The position numbers and the translations under genes were made by a program. A stretch of 64,000 bases of DNA from Prorocentrum cordatum (lineage: Eukaryota): the NCBI GenBank assembly GCA_963575745.1, contig CAUYUJ010000273.1, forward strand, positions 1 to 64,000, written 5' to 3'. The notes beneath the pieces are model-generated. The model did no database searches. It was not told the origin of the DNA and saw nothing but the letters and a program-made list of their open reading frames with translations. How positions within the stretch are numbered: the first letter of the stretch is position 1; each line of letters opens with the position of its first letter. This document shows positions 24,441 to 37,425 of the stretch, piece by piece.

Positions 24441-24576
24441 AAAATAAACTTGTCCGTCACCGGGGGCGCCTGTCCCAGGGCGGCTGGAAAGTGTATACCT
24501 TGACGTGCCACCATAAGTGTATGATCTTTCCAGCCGCCCTGGGACAGGCGCCCCTGGTGACGGAAAAGACTATTTT
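24441..24576. repeat. Near-perfect fold-back (39-bp core stem, one mismatch)
   Basis: TCCGTCACCGGGGGCGCCTGTCCCAGGGCGGCTGGAAAG / CTTTCCAGCCGCCCTGGGACAGGCGCCCCTGGTGACGGA. Confidence 0.9.
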
Positions 24577-24676
24577 ATAGCGCGTTTCGCCCGTTAAGAC
24601 GCGGGCCGACATGTACCCCCTCGCACGCAACATGGCGCTGTCGAAGCCCCCCTGCCCGTCCGCAAGGCGCAAGGGC

Positions 24677-24736
24677 CTGGGAGTTCATACTGCCGGTGGA
24701 GGCCGCAACGAGGCCAGGCAGCGGTCGGGGGACAGC
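24677..24736 (-). CDS. Candidate exon (AVPRPLPGLVAASTGSMNSQ)
   Basis: ccgag|G acceptor and CAG|gc donor, 60 nt, phase 0-0. Confidence 0.5.
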
Positions 24737-25094
24737 CTCGGGAACGCTGCTGGGGGGTCCCTCCTCCTCCTCGTCCTGATGTTCCTCCTCCTTCCCTCCT
24801 CCTTCCCTCCTCCTCCTCCTTCTCCTCCTCCTCCTCCTCCCCCTCCTCCTCCTCCTCCTCGTCCTCGCCTTCCTCGTCCTCGTCCTCGTCCTCCTCCTCC
24901 TCATTTATCCTCTCTCCTCTCTCCTCTCTTGCTCTCTTCTCTGTCCTGTCTGCTCTCTCCTTTCTCCTCCTCCTCCTCGTCCTCCTCCTCCTCCTCCTCC
25001 TCCTCTGCCTCCTCCTTATCCTCTTCCTCCTCCTCCTCCTCCTCCTCTGCCTCATCCTTATCCTCTTCCTCCTCATCCTCCTCTTCCTTGGGAA

Positions 25095-25947
25095 TAACTC
25101 CCCCCTGCCGCACCCCGAGGCCAGTCGGAAGAGCAGGCTGGGCGTCTCGCCTGAGACTTCCTTGCAAGTAATCGCCCTGGAGCTGAAAGACTGACAACAG
25201 TTTAACGCATGGAGAGCGATCGCTTCGCCGTCGTCGCCGGTCATGACCACCATTGCGCGCTTGCGGCAGCAAAAGCAGCAACGGAAGCGTCCTGGATCGG
25301 CGGTACTGGCCGGAGGCCACTACAATAATCACCCTGGAGCTGAAAGACTGACAACAGCTTCACGCATGGAGAGCGATCGGTTCCAGCACGTGGCTCTCAC
25401 CTCAGCGCCGCGAATACTAGCTCTCAAGACTTGCACGAGCTTCACGGAGAGTGGTCGGTTCGCTTCCCACATGCAGCTCTCGCCGTAGCGCCGCGCACAT
25501 CTGTTTAAACAAATTGCAGGAGCTTCACGGGTTGAGGGCGGTTCGTCTTCAAAATATGGCTCTCGCCTGCGCGTCGCGCACATTCGTTTTTTATGAAAAA
25601 TGCCATTCACAAATTGAGGGCGGTTCGTTTTCAAAATGCGGCTCTCGCCTCAAAGCCTGATGGCTGTGCCAGAAAATGTGCTTCGGAGCGATTCAGGACT
25701 GTCTAGGCGCAACAGTGTCGTTGATTCGCGGTGTTGAAGTCCCAGGAATGGTGTTCTGACACGACTCAGGGTCGTCAAGGCGCAACAGTCAGGTTGACTC
25801 ATGGCGTTGAAGTCCAGAGAATGGTGTTTTGGCACGCGTCAGGGTTTTGACACGCTTGTCCCCCAACGGGGAACTTCCCGAAGAGGAAGCTTGGAGGGAG
25901 GGTGTTTTCCAACACCGGTGATAAGTCTTGGGTTTGCACTTGTCATC
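25095..25947 (+). mobile_element. Family G element, interrupted at 25223-25325
   Basis: Head, array and tail; (CCT)n on both flanks; 54-bp internal duplication around a unique insert. Confidence 0.75.
25224..25291 (-). CDS. Candidate exon with Cys cluster (RFRCCFCCRKRAMVVMTGDDGE)
   Basis: ccag|G acceptor, GC donor and high GC3; in phase with 26066-26101 and 24677-24736. Confidence 0.5.
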
Positions 25948-26065
25948 CTCCTCCTCCTCCTCCTCCTCCTCTCCTCCTCCCTCTCTCCTCCAAGGCTCGA
26001 GGAAGATCGAGGTTCGAGGGCTTGGGGGGGGAAACAATTCGAACGCTTTGCGGGCCTCTCTGGGC

Positions 26066-26101
26066 CTCCCAGGGGCTCGTCGTCGCTACGGCCGGAGTCA
26101 C
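26066..26101 (-). CDS. Candidate exon ([11 protein letters not shown])
   Basis: cgag|G acceptor and GAG|gc donor, 36 nt, phase 1-1, high GC3. Confidence 0.45.
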
Positions 26102-26339
26102 CTCGAAACTCTGGCCGGAACGCGTCCAAAATGCGTGCACGCATGGTTTGTCCCCCCCCCCGAACTCGGGGTCCTCGCGTTGCCTGCTGCCTCCGGCTGG
26201 CCCTTGCGAAGCGTCGGAGGCGTCAACAGAAAGCTCTGCACGAAAAGGCAGTCGCGGGGAAGTGGTCGAGACCTCGAGGGGCAGGCGCTATGGAAGAACA
26301 TGGAGAATCCGTGAAGATCCCCGGAGAACCATTCAAAAT

Positions 26340-26437
26340 CGCACGCGCATACGCGCACACGCACACACGCGCACACAGACACACACACACACAAACTCTC
26401 ACACACACACACACACGCAGACACACACGCACACAGA

Positions 26438-26473
<36 letters not shown>

Positions 26474-26497
26474 GACACAGACAGAGACAGAGACACA

Positions 26498-26552
<55 letters not shown>
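26340..26552. repeat. (CA)n microsatellite
   Basis: Direct reading. Confidence 0.95.
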
Positions 26553-26553
<1 letters not shown>

Positions 26554-26638
26554 TACTTACTTTTGGCGGCAGAGGCCTCGCGCGTAGCGACGAGGCGGAG
26601 AAAGCAGTGTGCACAGGCAGTGCGCGCAGCGGCCGGGC

Positions 26639-26669
26639 CCTCAGCACGACTTAGGATGAGGACGCGGTC
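26639..26669 (-). CDS. Candidate micro-exon (DRVLILSRAE)
   Basis: ggcag|G acceptor and GC donor; supplies the phase 0 to 1 step needed by the chain. Confidence 0.3.
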
Positions 26670-27299
26670 CTGCCAACATTAGCCATCTGCGCGTGGACAG
26701 CACAGAGGGTACACTCAACACCGTGGGGGAACCCCGACACGGCGGCATGAGGCGTGGAGAACGGAATCAACCATTCGGGCGTGGATAGCGGGGAAGGTAC
26801 AGACACGAAACAAAACAATAATGCGACGTAGGGGCATGGGAGGGAGAAGCGGATGGAAGAGGGGGACGTCATGACACTACCATGCGCTGCACAAGGGCCC
26901 CATTCGCGAAGGGAGCCCGCGAAGGGGATGTATACATACATGTACATATATACACATATATACACACCAGGCCAATGCTGGCTGCGTACAAAGCAGGTGA
27001 TGCATACCGCGCGCGGGACCCCCCCCAAAATGAGGATGGTGTCGAATAACGACCTCTGCGGACAACCGGGCCGTCCTAACCTTGCATCCAAGGGGGTGAT
27101 ACCATTGCCTCAATGATCTTGCACGTATGACAAATCTACACACGCCACGACCCGAATACGAATTATGACGACGGGGAGGTGGTGGTGGAGGAGAAGGAAG
27201 TACTGTTTGTCCATGTTGACGTACGTCGGAAGTGCCGACATCCAGTGTCAACGCATTGGTGTGCGAGCGTTGCCCCGGTGAGGCTGACTTGGGCCATGC

Positions 27300-28510
27300 G
27301 AGCCCGAGCAGGGACGTTTGGTCGGCCCTGCGCAGTGGTGGGCGTGGGCGCCAGGCGCGGGTCGGGTCAGAAGGCACGTCGCCACGTCATCATCCCAGAG
27401 CTTGCATGTGCCGCCCTGCTGTCGCTGGCCACGACGGTGTGGAGTGACTCCTGGCTGCCACCACACAACCCTCGATGCTCACAAGCGTGTGCTCGTGGTT
27501 GGCCATCCTAGAAGCCATGCGCCACCACTTCCGTGTGTGCGTCGTCGTCCAGCCGTCGAGATGGTGATGCATCATGAGATGTTCTGCGCGCCGGAAAACG
27601 AGTTGAATGTAGTTCGCAGACCATGTAGGGCTCTACGTATATACCTGATGTGCGGTGTCGCCGTCACACTCGCTGTGCTGGTTTGCCGCTGCGGCCGCGT
27701 CGTGCTGAGGCAGGTTGCTGTCCGACTCGTCCCTGGTACTCTTGGCGCAGGGTCGATGTCCAACGCTTCTTCAGTCGTGCGGCGTGCCGTCGGCACAATG
27801 GCTGTCTTGGTTGTTGCGGGGGGCTGCTTTGTGCACGGTGCGTCGTCGAGGCACCCTGATTATCATACGAAGCATGAGTCGATGTGTCCGCCCCCAGAGG
27901 GCTTCCGTGAGCATCCATGTCGCTGCTCCGTATAGTGGTGACGGTGTGACTGTGCTGTTGGAGAGTCGGAGTCGGAATGTCAGTGCGAAGCGTCTGCTGG
28001 TTAGTTGTTGGTTGCGCGAAATGAATGACGCCCAAGTAGCTCTGGTGCATTGCTCGATATCCATCTCAATCGTGCCGTGGAAACTAATGAGCCGGCCGAG
28101 GCGTCAGATACTGCCCCAATGAAGAGAGATGTCGAGCGAGCTCGCCTTTCCAGTCCATTTCGTCTGGATGCTCATCCTATTGGTCGTGCCAGGTGCAGCT
28201 CTTGTCCGTCGGGCCTTGCTGCGCGCACGATGTCGTCGAGCATCGATGTCAGACGACAGAGGGTGTGGCTGGTCAGGAGCACGTCGTCGGCAATACGCAA
28301 GTTGGTGAACGTGATCGCGGTGGTGAATCGCAATTGGACTCCCTTGTCCTTGTTCCGCCAGTCAGCGATCAATGGTGTAAGGATGTGCTGAAAAAGGGCG
28401 TCAGGCAGAGTCGGGGACTGATCAAGTCGCGTTGTCTCGTGCTCCGTCGAAAACTGAAAAGTATGCTGGTTGCATCAGTCTTGACTGCAGCCGTCTAACC
28501 CTCGTGCAAA
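27300..28510 (-). mobile_element. Decayed, 5'-truncated non-LTR (RTE-like LINE) retrotransposon; C-terminal half of reverse transcriptase
   Basis: Ordered motifs across frameshifts: TAAVKTDATSILFSFRRSTRQRDLISP (RG..QGD..SP), TNLRIADDVLL (NLRFADD), SYLG, RATWASF..LRLSNSTVTPSPLYGAATWMLT, RKWWRMASR, WQP...GGTCKLWDDD. Confidence 0.85.
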
Positions 28511-28867
28511 TGCTGGAGTTACTGGGATCGATTGCGAGGGAAAGTGGCGAAAGGAGCAGGGAGGAGGAGAACGAGAGAAGACGAAAAGGGAGCAGATGGA
28601 AAAAAGGAAGAGAAGAAGGAAGATAAGATAGGGAGAGGGAGGAAAGTGAGGAGGAGGTAGAGACGAAGGAGCAAGGGTCTAGCGAAGAAGGGGGCCAACG
28701 GATGCGTTGAGGGAAGGAGAGGGCGCTATCAGATCTGGAGAAACATCTTGGTCCTGGCCATGCTATCCGCACGTCCCTTGTCACCCCCCCCCCCTTGGCC
28801 AAGCCCGATCTTCCTCCTCCTGCTCCTCTGCCTCCCCCTCATCTCCCCCCATACCTTTTCCTTACAA

Positions 28868-29592
28868 CTAACTCCTCCCTGTCGCAACTCCAAAGGTGTC
28901 GGTAGGAAGCGTTTCGCCAGAGACGTCCCAACCATGCATGACCCTGAAGCTTGGCATCTGCAATCTGTTTTAAGATGGAGGGCGGGTGGCTTTCAAAAAG
29001 TGACTCTCGCGTTAAGCCGCGCATATTCGTCAAGGAAGGAGGGCGGGTCGTTGTCAAAACGAGGCCTAGCCTCAGGGCCGGGCACATCCGTCTTAAAAGT
29101 ACGAAACAGCTTCGAGGATGGGGGGCGGGCCGTTGTCTAAAAGTGGCTCTCACAGTGGCGCCGCGCACATTCGTCTTAAAAGCTCGCAATAGTTCAAGGA
29201 AGTAGGGTTGTTCGTTGTCACGTTGTCGCGTTCGCCTTAGCGCCACGCACTTTCGCCTTGAAAGTTCACCGAAGTTCCAAGGATTCGAGCGGTTGGGCTC
29301 CCAGGAATGGTGTTTGGCCAGATGCCGGATTGTCAGAAGGCAACAGTCACGCAGTCACCTTGATGTGCGGTGCTCAAGCTTCAGGAACCTGTTCTGGCCC
29401 AACTTAGCGCTGCCAGGACGCAGCAATCATATTGATATTGCGCGTTGGCCCGATTGAGATGTCTTGGACGGTTGTTTTCCAATGGGGGTCTTCCCGCAAT
29501 GGCAACAGATTGCTGCGGGAACCTGTGAGGAGGGAATGGAGGGAGGGTGGGTTGCAACATCGTTGGTGCGTCTTGGGTTCACACTGGTCCTC
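28868..29592 (+). mobile_element. Family G element
   Basis: Head TAACTCCTCCCTGTCGCA, array units, tail GGGTTCACACTGGTCC before (CCT)n. Confidence 0.8.
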
Positions 29593-30194
29593 CCCTTCCG
29601 CCCAGATCCTCTCCTCCTGCTCCTCATCCATCCTCCTCCTCCTCCTCCTCCTTTTCCTCCTCCTCCTCCTCCTCCTCCGCCTCCATCCTCCTCCTCCATC
29701 CTCCTCCATCCTCCGTCCTCCCTCCTCGGGCGCGGCTGAACCGACCCCTGGCAAAAGAGCATGTTCTCCTGGACGGGCGGAGGTTCGCAAGCGCGGGAAG
29801 CACGGGGAACTCCCGTTGACAACGCTGCCCTCGCCGGGGCGGATCGTGCGCCCACGAGCGCGCGGGCGGGCGCAGAGCACCGTGAGTCGCGCAATTGCTG
29901 ACGCTTCGCGTGCACTCGACCGGCATGCTTGAATCACTCGGTTTCTGCCTCTGGTCGTCGTTGTTCCGGACTACCTGGTGCTTCCGACGCCATGCATACC
30001 TGCACGCTGGCAGTACGGCTCAGCTTCAGCTGCCCCCTCCACTCGCCGGTCCGCCGCTGAGGTGCTGCGTGAGGCCCCGCTTCGCCGCTTCAGGTGAGGC
30101 CGCCCTCCATTGCTTTAGGTGGCTTTGTCGTTGCGTGCCCCGCTTTGACTGGACTCGCCGCCGGCGCGCTCGCCCGCGGCCGCTGACTAAAAAG

Positions 30195-30371
30195 TACACT
30201 CGACCGGGATAGTAAGGGTGCGCGGTAAGGGTGCAAGGGCCTTGGAACGCCACGTTGACGTAACCCGTGCGGAGCGCAGCAAAATGCCGAAGGATGCCGA
30301 ATACCGAAGGGGCAAGGATGCAAGGGCAGCCTTGGAAAGTTGCCCCATCCTTATTATCATGTTTGACTGTA
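30195..30371 (+). mobile_element. Family J MITE, diverged copy
   Basis: Homologous to 53741-53922 and 55781-55958; TA at both ends. Confidence 0.7.
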
Positions 30372-30454
30372 TCCTCACCAGCCCATTCAGCGACGACCGC
30401 AGGTGAGCTGCACTGATCAGGCAACTGTTGCAGCCTCACGCGCACACTTCGGCG

Positions 30455-30680
30455 ATCTTCTGACCCGGGTCAATCCAGACCCGGGTCAGCAGGAAACTAA
30501 AAACTGCAGTGCAGGAAAAAACAAAAAACTGCAACGCAGGTCTTCGCAAACCCGGGTCAGCCAATAGGCGCGGCCGCCTCGCGGCCACGAGGGGCTCGCT
30601 AAACCGGGTCAGCCAGAAGGGGTCTTCGCAGGATCCTGCAGGATCCGGCGCTCTGGCGAACCCCCGTCTGCATTGACCCC
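30455..30680 (+). repeat. Dispersed repeat family K (ACCCGGGTC / GCAGGATCCTGC words)
   Basis: Homolog at ~55010-55212. Confidence 0.65.
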
Positions 30681-31741
30681 CGTCTCAAGGCTCCCGAACA
30701 CTCCCACGGTCGTCTTCTCCGGTAAGCTGACAGGCATCCCGCAGGGGCGCCACGAAGTCCTGTGGTTCACGTCTGGGCTGTTCGTGGCAGCAGAGGTGCG
30801 AAGAACCCAGACGACGACAATAATAACACCCCCTCCTGCCCGTCTGTCTCCTCTTCATCATCCGCCCTTCTCCTTCTTCTTCTTCCCCCTCCTTCGACAA
30901 AACCACAAGGGCGTGTTCGGTCCATTGGATACCACTTCCGAGACGCTTGTGGCGGTGAATACCGGGTGTTCACAGAAGCGCGTCGCGGGTTTTTTTTTCC
31001 CGAGGATGAAGGGAAGAAGGATGACGATGAGGAAGCAAAAAAAGGTGGAGTAGAGGGGGGATAGGAGGCAGGGAGGAATCGGGAGGAGTCGGGACAACGA
31101 AAGGCGGAGGAGGAGGACGAAAATAACCAGACGAGTTCACACATGTTCAAAACCGCAGTCAGCCATAAAGGAATTCGCGGACCTCTCGGACGACGAGGCC
31201 AAGGAGGAGGAGAAGTGGAAGAGGGAGGAGGAGGAGGAGGAGGAGGAGGAGGAGGAAGAGGAGAAGGAGGAGAGGAGGAGGAGGAGAAGGAGAAGGAGGA
31301 GAAGGAGGAGAGGGAGTACTCGTGCAAATACAAAACGCAGCAACGATTTAGGAGGAGGAGAAGGAGGAGGAGAAGGAGGGATATGAAGAGGGGGAGCAAG
31401 GAGGGATGCGAAAGACAAGGAGGATGAAGCAGGAAGAGGAGTGCGAGCAGAGGGATCATGACCAAATGGGAACAGGAAGATGTAGAAAGAGGAGGAGGAG
31501 GAGCAGGAAGAGGACGGGGGGGGGAAAGAGGCGACGAAGACGACAACGTTGACGACAAAAATCAACCATAATGGCATTCGGACGTCTTTCGCGCAGGAAG
31601 CGTACTGGAAGCCTCTTCGGGCCATTTCGAGGACCTCGTGGGGCTATTTTCGCAACTTCGAAGGTTTCAATGGATGCGTCTAGGGGCCCGTGAGGGCCCT
31701 CCTGGTTTGTTCGCCCTGCAGGAGGCTTAAATTTGCGGGGC

Positions 31742-31843
31742 CCTATTGAGACGCTCGGCGATGCACATCCAGCGACGATGCATGGGCGAACTGCGTAGAT
31801 CAGGGCAGTATACTATGAGCTCATCCCTCCTGAAATACTGCTC
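31742..31843 (-). CDS. Candidate exon (EQYFRRDELIVYCPDLRSSPMHRRWMCIAERLNR)
   Basis: gttgtag|G acceptor, GC donor, 102 nt, phase 0-0; protein-like but only moderate GC3. Further candidates at 31587-31634 (VLEMARRGFQYASCAK) and starting at 30759 (DFVAPLRDACQ). Confidence 0.35.
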
Positions 31844-31845
31844 CT

Positions 31846-31926
<81 letters not shown>

Positions 31927-32425
31927 ACAAAACTACCCTCGGATACACATCACAGTATACAATGGTTAGGACCCGCCCTAACCGGCCCCTGCCGTGACGC
32001 CTCCTCCTAAGAACTCTACAAATGTGGCTCTTTTCCTACTGTGGTCCTTTTCCGGTCCCATCCGTGACGTCCCCTGGGCGCCCCGGGCGTTACCTTAACC
32101 GGGCCTTTCCGTGACACGATCCTGGGTCCCTAACTGGCCCCTTCCGTGACGTGCCCCCCCCAGAGGCTTTCAGGGGGTGCCGAAGTTCTGGCGTCTGCAT
32201 CGGGGCAAGGCCGGCGACGTTCTGCCACCAGCACCAGGAATCGCAAACGTTGTGCTTCTCAATGGTGGCTGGGGTTGTTACAGCGTCCTCCCCCTCCTCC
32301 TCCTCCTCCTCCTCCTCCTCCTCCTCCTCCTCCTCCTCCTCCTCCTCCTCCTCCTCCTCCCCGTTCTCCTCCCCCTCCTCCTGCTCCTCCTCCTCCTCCT
32401 CCTCGGGGGCAGCGGCCGAGCCAGC

Positions 32426-32476
32426 CTCGGAGTTCACGATGCCCGGCAGCTGCTCCGCAAGCGCCTCCCGGGAGGC
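32426..32476 (-). CDS. Exon (ASREALAEQLPGIVNSE)
   Basis: gcgcag|G acceptor and GAG|gc donor, 51 nt, 16 of 17 codons GC3. Confidence 0.65.
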
Positions 32477-33548
32477 CTGCGCGCGGAACGCCGGGGCCCG
32501 CCGCGGCGGCCCCGGGCGGGGGGGGGGGGCGAGGGCTAACCAGCCTCGAGCTTGTCCCAATCATAAACAGATGGACAGGCCCACATGCGGTGACAATCCT
32601 AAGGATGCGCCCCCAAAGAGCGAGGAATCCTCGAGGGCGGCACCGAGATGGGGCGATGCCAAGTCATAGGGATGGGGATACGTTCAGGGCTAGCAACGGG
32701 CCTGGTCCAGGAGAGAGCCCACGGATCCTCGCCTCGTCCAAAAAAAGCTGGAAGTTGTTGGTAACTGTCTGCCTCCACGGGGCCCTCGCTGGGCCCCAGG
32801 ACTGTCAAGAGATCTCTCAAGACCAGAAACCAGCCACGGGAAGAAAGGGTCGGGACTTCCGAAGACCACGCGTTGAAAAAAACCAGACATCGAATCTCTC
32901 TGGGACTGTTTTTATTATTTTCGCGTGGCGGCCATTACCCGTTGCCCAAGGGGGGCGGTCGGGTAACGGGAACGCTTGGTGAGGGGGACACGTCGGGGCA
33001 GGGGTGCGCTGCGATCGCCATGTTATGCGCGCGTCTGGGAGGAGGCCAGGCCCCCCAAAACGTACGATCGGCATCATGAACCCGGAAGTGAGGGCTTATC
33101 CCCGGTAGCCACCGTGGCGCGCCAGAAGATAAACAGAGACAGTCTCTGGGGCAGCAAGGACAGCCGGCGGCGCGTAGACGGGGGCAGGGGGAGACGGGGG
33201 AAAGGCTTCTTAGAAGGCGCTGGCGCTACATCAGTCGATGAGGCCCGCGCCTTCGAAGAAGCAGCCTCCTTCTGAGACCCCCCCCCTCCCCTTACCCTGA
33301 GGTCGGTCATGCCTCCATACATGCTGATTTTGGACGAAGACATAGAAATGGGCATAAAAATACACCAAAATATCGAACATGTGTTGAATACGACGAGAAG
33401 AATATATCGACACCGTGTGTTATTGATACGTTCCGGGGATTCCGATATCTCCAACAGCAGCCGCGCGGGGTGCACTTCGCGCCGAAGATTGTCTACTCTG
33501 CCTGGCGCCGCTGGTCGGTCGCCCATTCGCAATCGAGCAGTCGCCCAC

Positions 33549-33715
33549 ATATAGGGGGAAAACAAACCTACCTCGCTTTTGACCACCCTCGCTTCCAAGA
33601 GATACCAAACGATGCCAAATTGCGGCCTGTACTGGCCAGGCCGCTTGACGAGGAGGCGCGTGGTATCGCTTGGTTTTGCCTGGAAGCGAAAGCGGGGTAG
33701 GTAATCCACGCTCTG
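33549..33715 (+). mobile_element. Family I element with a 36-bp internal insert
   Basis: Near-identical to 9978-10110 except for 33620-33655. Confidence 0.75.
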
Positions 33716-34168
33716 AGTATAGGGGGGGCTTTTTGGCACTCGCTAATCCCCCTCTGCGTTGCCGGGCGCGGGGGGCGGCGGTGGCGCACCGCCCCGTCGC
33801 CCGCCGCCGCGCCCTGCGCGCCTCGGCGGATGTCCAAACACCCGGTCAGGCAAATCGCGCGCGACCCTGGAAAATTCTCCGAGGGCAGATTCGGAAAGCT
33901 TAAGGACGTCGTTGAACATGTCAGGCCTACTCTGCGGGGGAAAAGAACATGGAATCAAGTTTGAAACATCCCGGAATCCATTTCGGAAATTCTCGAAATT
34001 CCAGATGGTTCAGATGTCCTACCTCCTCCCTCCCTCCCTCCCTCCCTCCCTCCCTCCCTCCTCCCTCATCCCTCTCTTCTCTCTCTCTCTCTCTCTCCTC
34101 TCGCTCGTCCTCCTCCTCCCCCTCCTCCCTCCTCCCTTCCTCCTCCACCTCCTCCTCCGTCTTAACCA

Positions 34169-34855
34169 ATAACTCGTCCTGGTCGCACACCCAGGCATGT
34201 CGGTAGGGCGGGCGGGGCGTTTCGCATGAGTCTTCCCCACCATGTACAATCCTGAAGCTTGACGCTTGTAACAGCTTCAAAGATTGAGGGCGGGTGGCTT
34301 TCAAAGTGTGGCTCTCGCCTGAGCGCCGTGCACATTCGTCTTGACAGTTTACCGCAGCTTCAAAGATGGAGGGCGGCTCATGTTCAAAATGTGGCTCTCG
34401 CCTTGGTGCCGCGTATAGTCGTCGTAAAAAATTGCAACAGCTTCAAAGATGGAGGGAGGCTCCTGTTCAAAATTTGGCTCTCGCCCTGGCGAAGCGCACA
34501 TTCGTCTTAAAAGTGTGCAACAATTCCAAGGATTCGTGCGGTTATTGTCCCAAGAAGGACGTTCTGAAGTATTGAGGACTGCCAGGGCGCAACGGTCACG
34601 TTGAGTTACGGTGATAAGGTCCCAGAAATGGTGTTCTGGCAAACCGCTGGATTGAAAGAACGCAGCAATCACGATGATACGCGGTGAAAAAATCCAAGGA
34701 AATGTGATTTGCCAAGAGTGAGGATTCCCAAATGGTAATCTTCCAACGGGGCACTTCCCATGATGAAAACAATAGTGTAGGGATCTATAAGAAGGAATCT
34801 CGAGGGAATGGTTGTTGCAACATCGTGGATTCGATTCGTGCTTGCACGAGTCCCC
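34169..34855 (+). mobile_element. Family G element
   Basis: Head, array and diverged tail; microsatellites on both flanks. Confidence 0.75.
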
Positions 34856-34859
34856 CTCC

Positions 34860-36275
<1,416 letters not shown>

Positions 36276-36429
36276 CGGATACCATGAGCAAAAAGACCGA
36301 CTTACCGCAGTGGTGCAAGCAAATGGGGCGCAGGCCCGTGGGGGTCAGGAAGCTCCTCCAAAACGTCCTCCCTCCTCCCTCCTCTTTGCCTAGATAGAAA
36401 AAGAAAAAACACCAGAAACACAATTGATT

Positions 36430-36577
36430 GTTTGGCGCTCCGCGCGGATTTCTTGAATCCACACTAAGCCCCCCTCCCTGGCGCGCGTAGCGCGCCAGCG
36501 GCGGCGCCAGATGCGCCGCCAAAAGGGGCCCTGGCGCTGATCCAAGAAATCCGCGCGGGGCGACAAAGTTTATGTTG
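36430..36577. mobile_element. Family C palindromic MITE
   Basis: GGCGCTCCGCGCGGATTTCTTGAATC...GATCCAAGAAATCCGCGCGGGGCG. Confidence 0.75.
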
Positions 36578-36599
36578 ATGGCGATTTTTTCTACTTGGA

Positions 36600-37210
36600 T
36601 TCCCTCCTCCCTCCTCCCTCTCCTCTCTCTCTCTCTCTCTCTCTCCTCTCGCTCTTCCTCCTACCTACTCCCCTCTCCCCCCTCCCTCCTCCTCCTCCTC
36701 CTCTCCTCCTCCTCCCCTCCCCTCCTCTCTCCCTCCCTCCCTCCCTCCCTCCCTCCCTCCCTCCTCCTCCCCTCCCTTCCTCCCCCTCCCCCTCCCCCTC
36801 CCCCTCCTCCTCCTCATCCTCCTCCTCCTCTCCTCCTCCCCCCTCCTCCTTCCTCTCCTCCTCCTCCTCCTCCTCCTCTCCTCCTCCTCCTCTCTCCTCC
36901 TCCTCCCCCCTCCCCCCTCCTCCTCTCTCCCTCCTCCTCATCCTCCTCCCCCTCCCCTCCTCCCTCCTCCTCCTCCTCCTCCTCCTCCTCCTCCTCCTCC
37001 TCCTCCTCCCTTCCTCCTCCTCCTCCTCCCTCCCCTCTCTCCTCTCCCTCCTCCTCCTCCTCCTCTCCTCCTCCTCCTCCTCCTCCTCCCTCCTCCTCCT
37101 CCTCCTCCTCCTCCTCCTCCTCCTCCTCCTCCTCCTCCTCCTCCTCTCCTCCCCCTCCTCCTCCTCCTCCTCCTCCTCCTCCCCCTCCTCCTCCTCCTCC
37201 TCCTCCTGCC
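36600..37210. repeat. Degenerate (CCT)n tract
   Basis: Direct reading. Confidence 0.95.
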
Positions 37211-37323
37211 CCTCCTTTGCCTCCCTGCCCTTCCCCCTCCGACCCCGCGGGCCTCCTCCCCCCCGGCGGCGGGCGGCGCGGCAGAGCGGCCCGGAGAGAG
37301 CTCCGCGCGGGGGGGGGGGAGGC

Positions 37324-37364
37324 CTTGGACGCGAGCCTGCGGTCGGCCTGCGCCGCCAGCGGGC
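37324..37364 (-). CDS. Exon (PLAAQADRRLASK)
   Basis: ggcag|G acceptor and AAG|gc donor; all 13 codons GC3; phase-0 join to 32476. Confidence 0.55.
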
Positions 37365-37425
37365 CTGCCGGGCTCCGCCAGCGCGCGGCCGCAGTGGCAG
37401 TGAGGCCCAGGGACGCACGAAGAAA

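Noticed and set aside
36305..36367. Minus-strand segment ending in G|gtaagt (SFLTPTGLRPICLHHC)
   Set aside because: Strong donor but ambiguous acceptor and frame; conflicts with the direct 37324-32476 join supported by a 9-nt junction repeat
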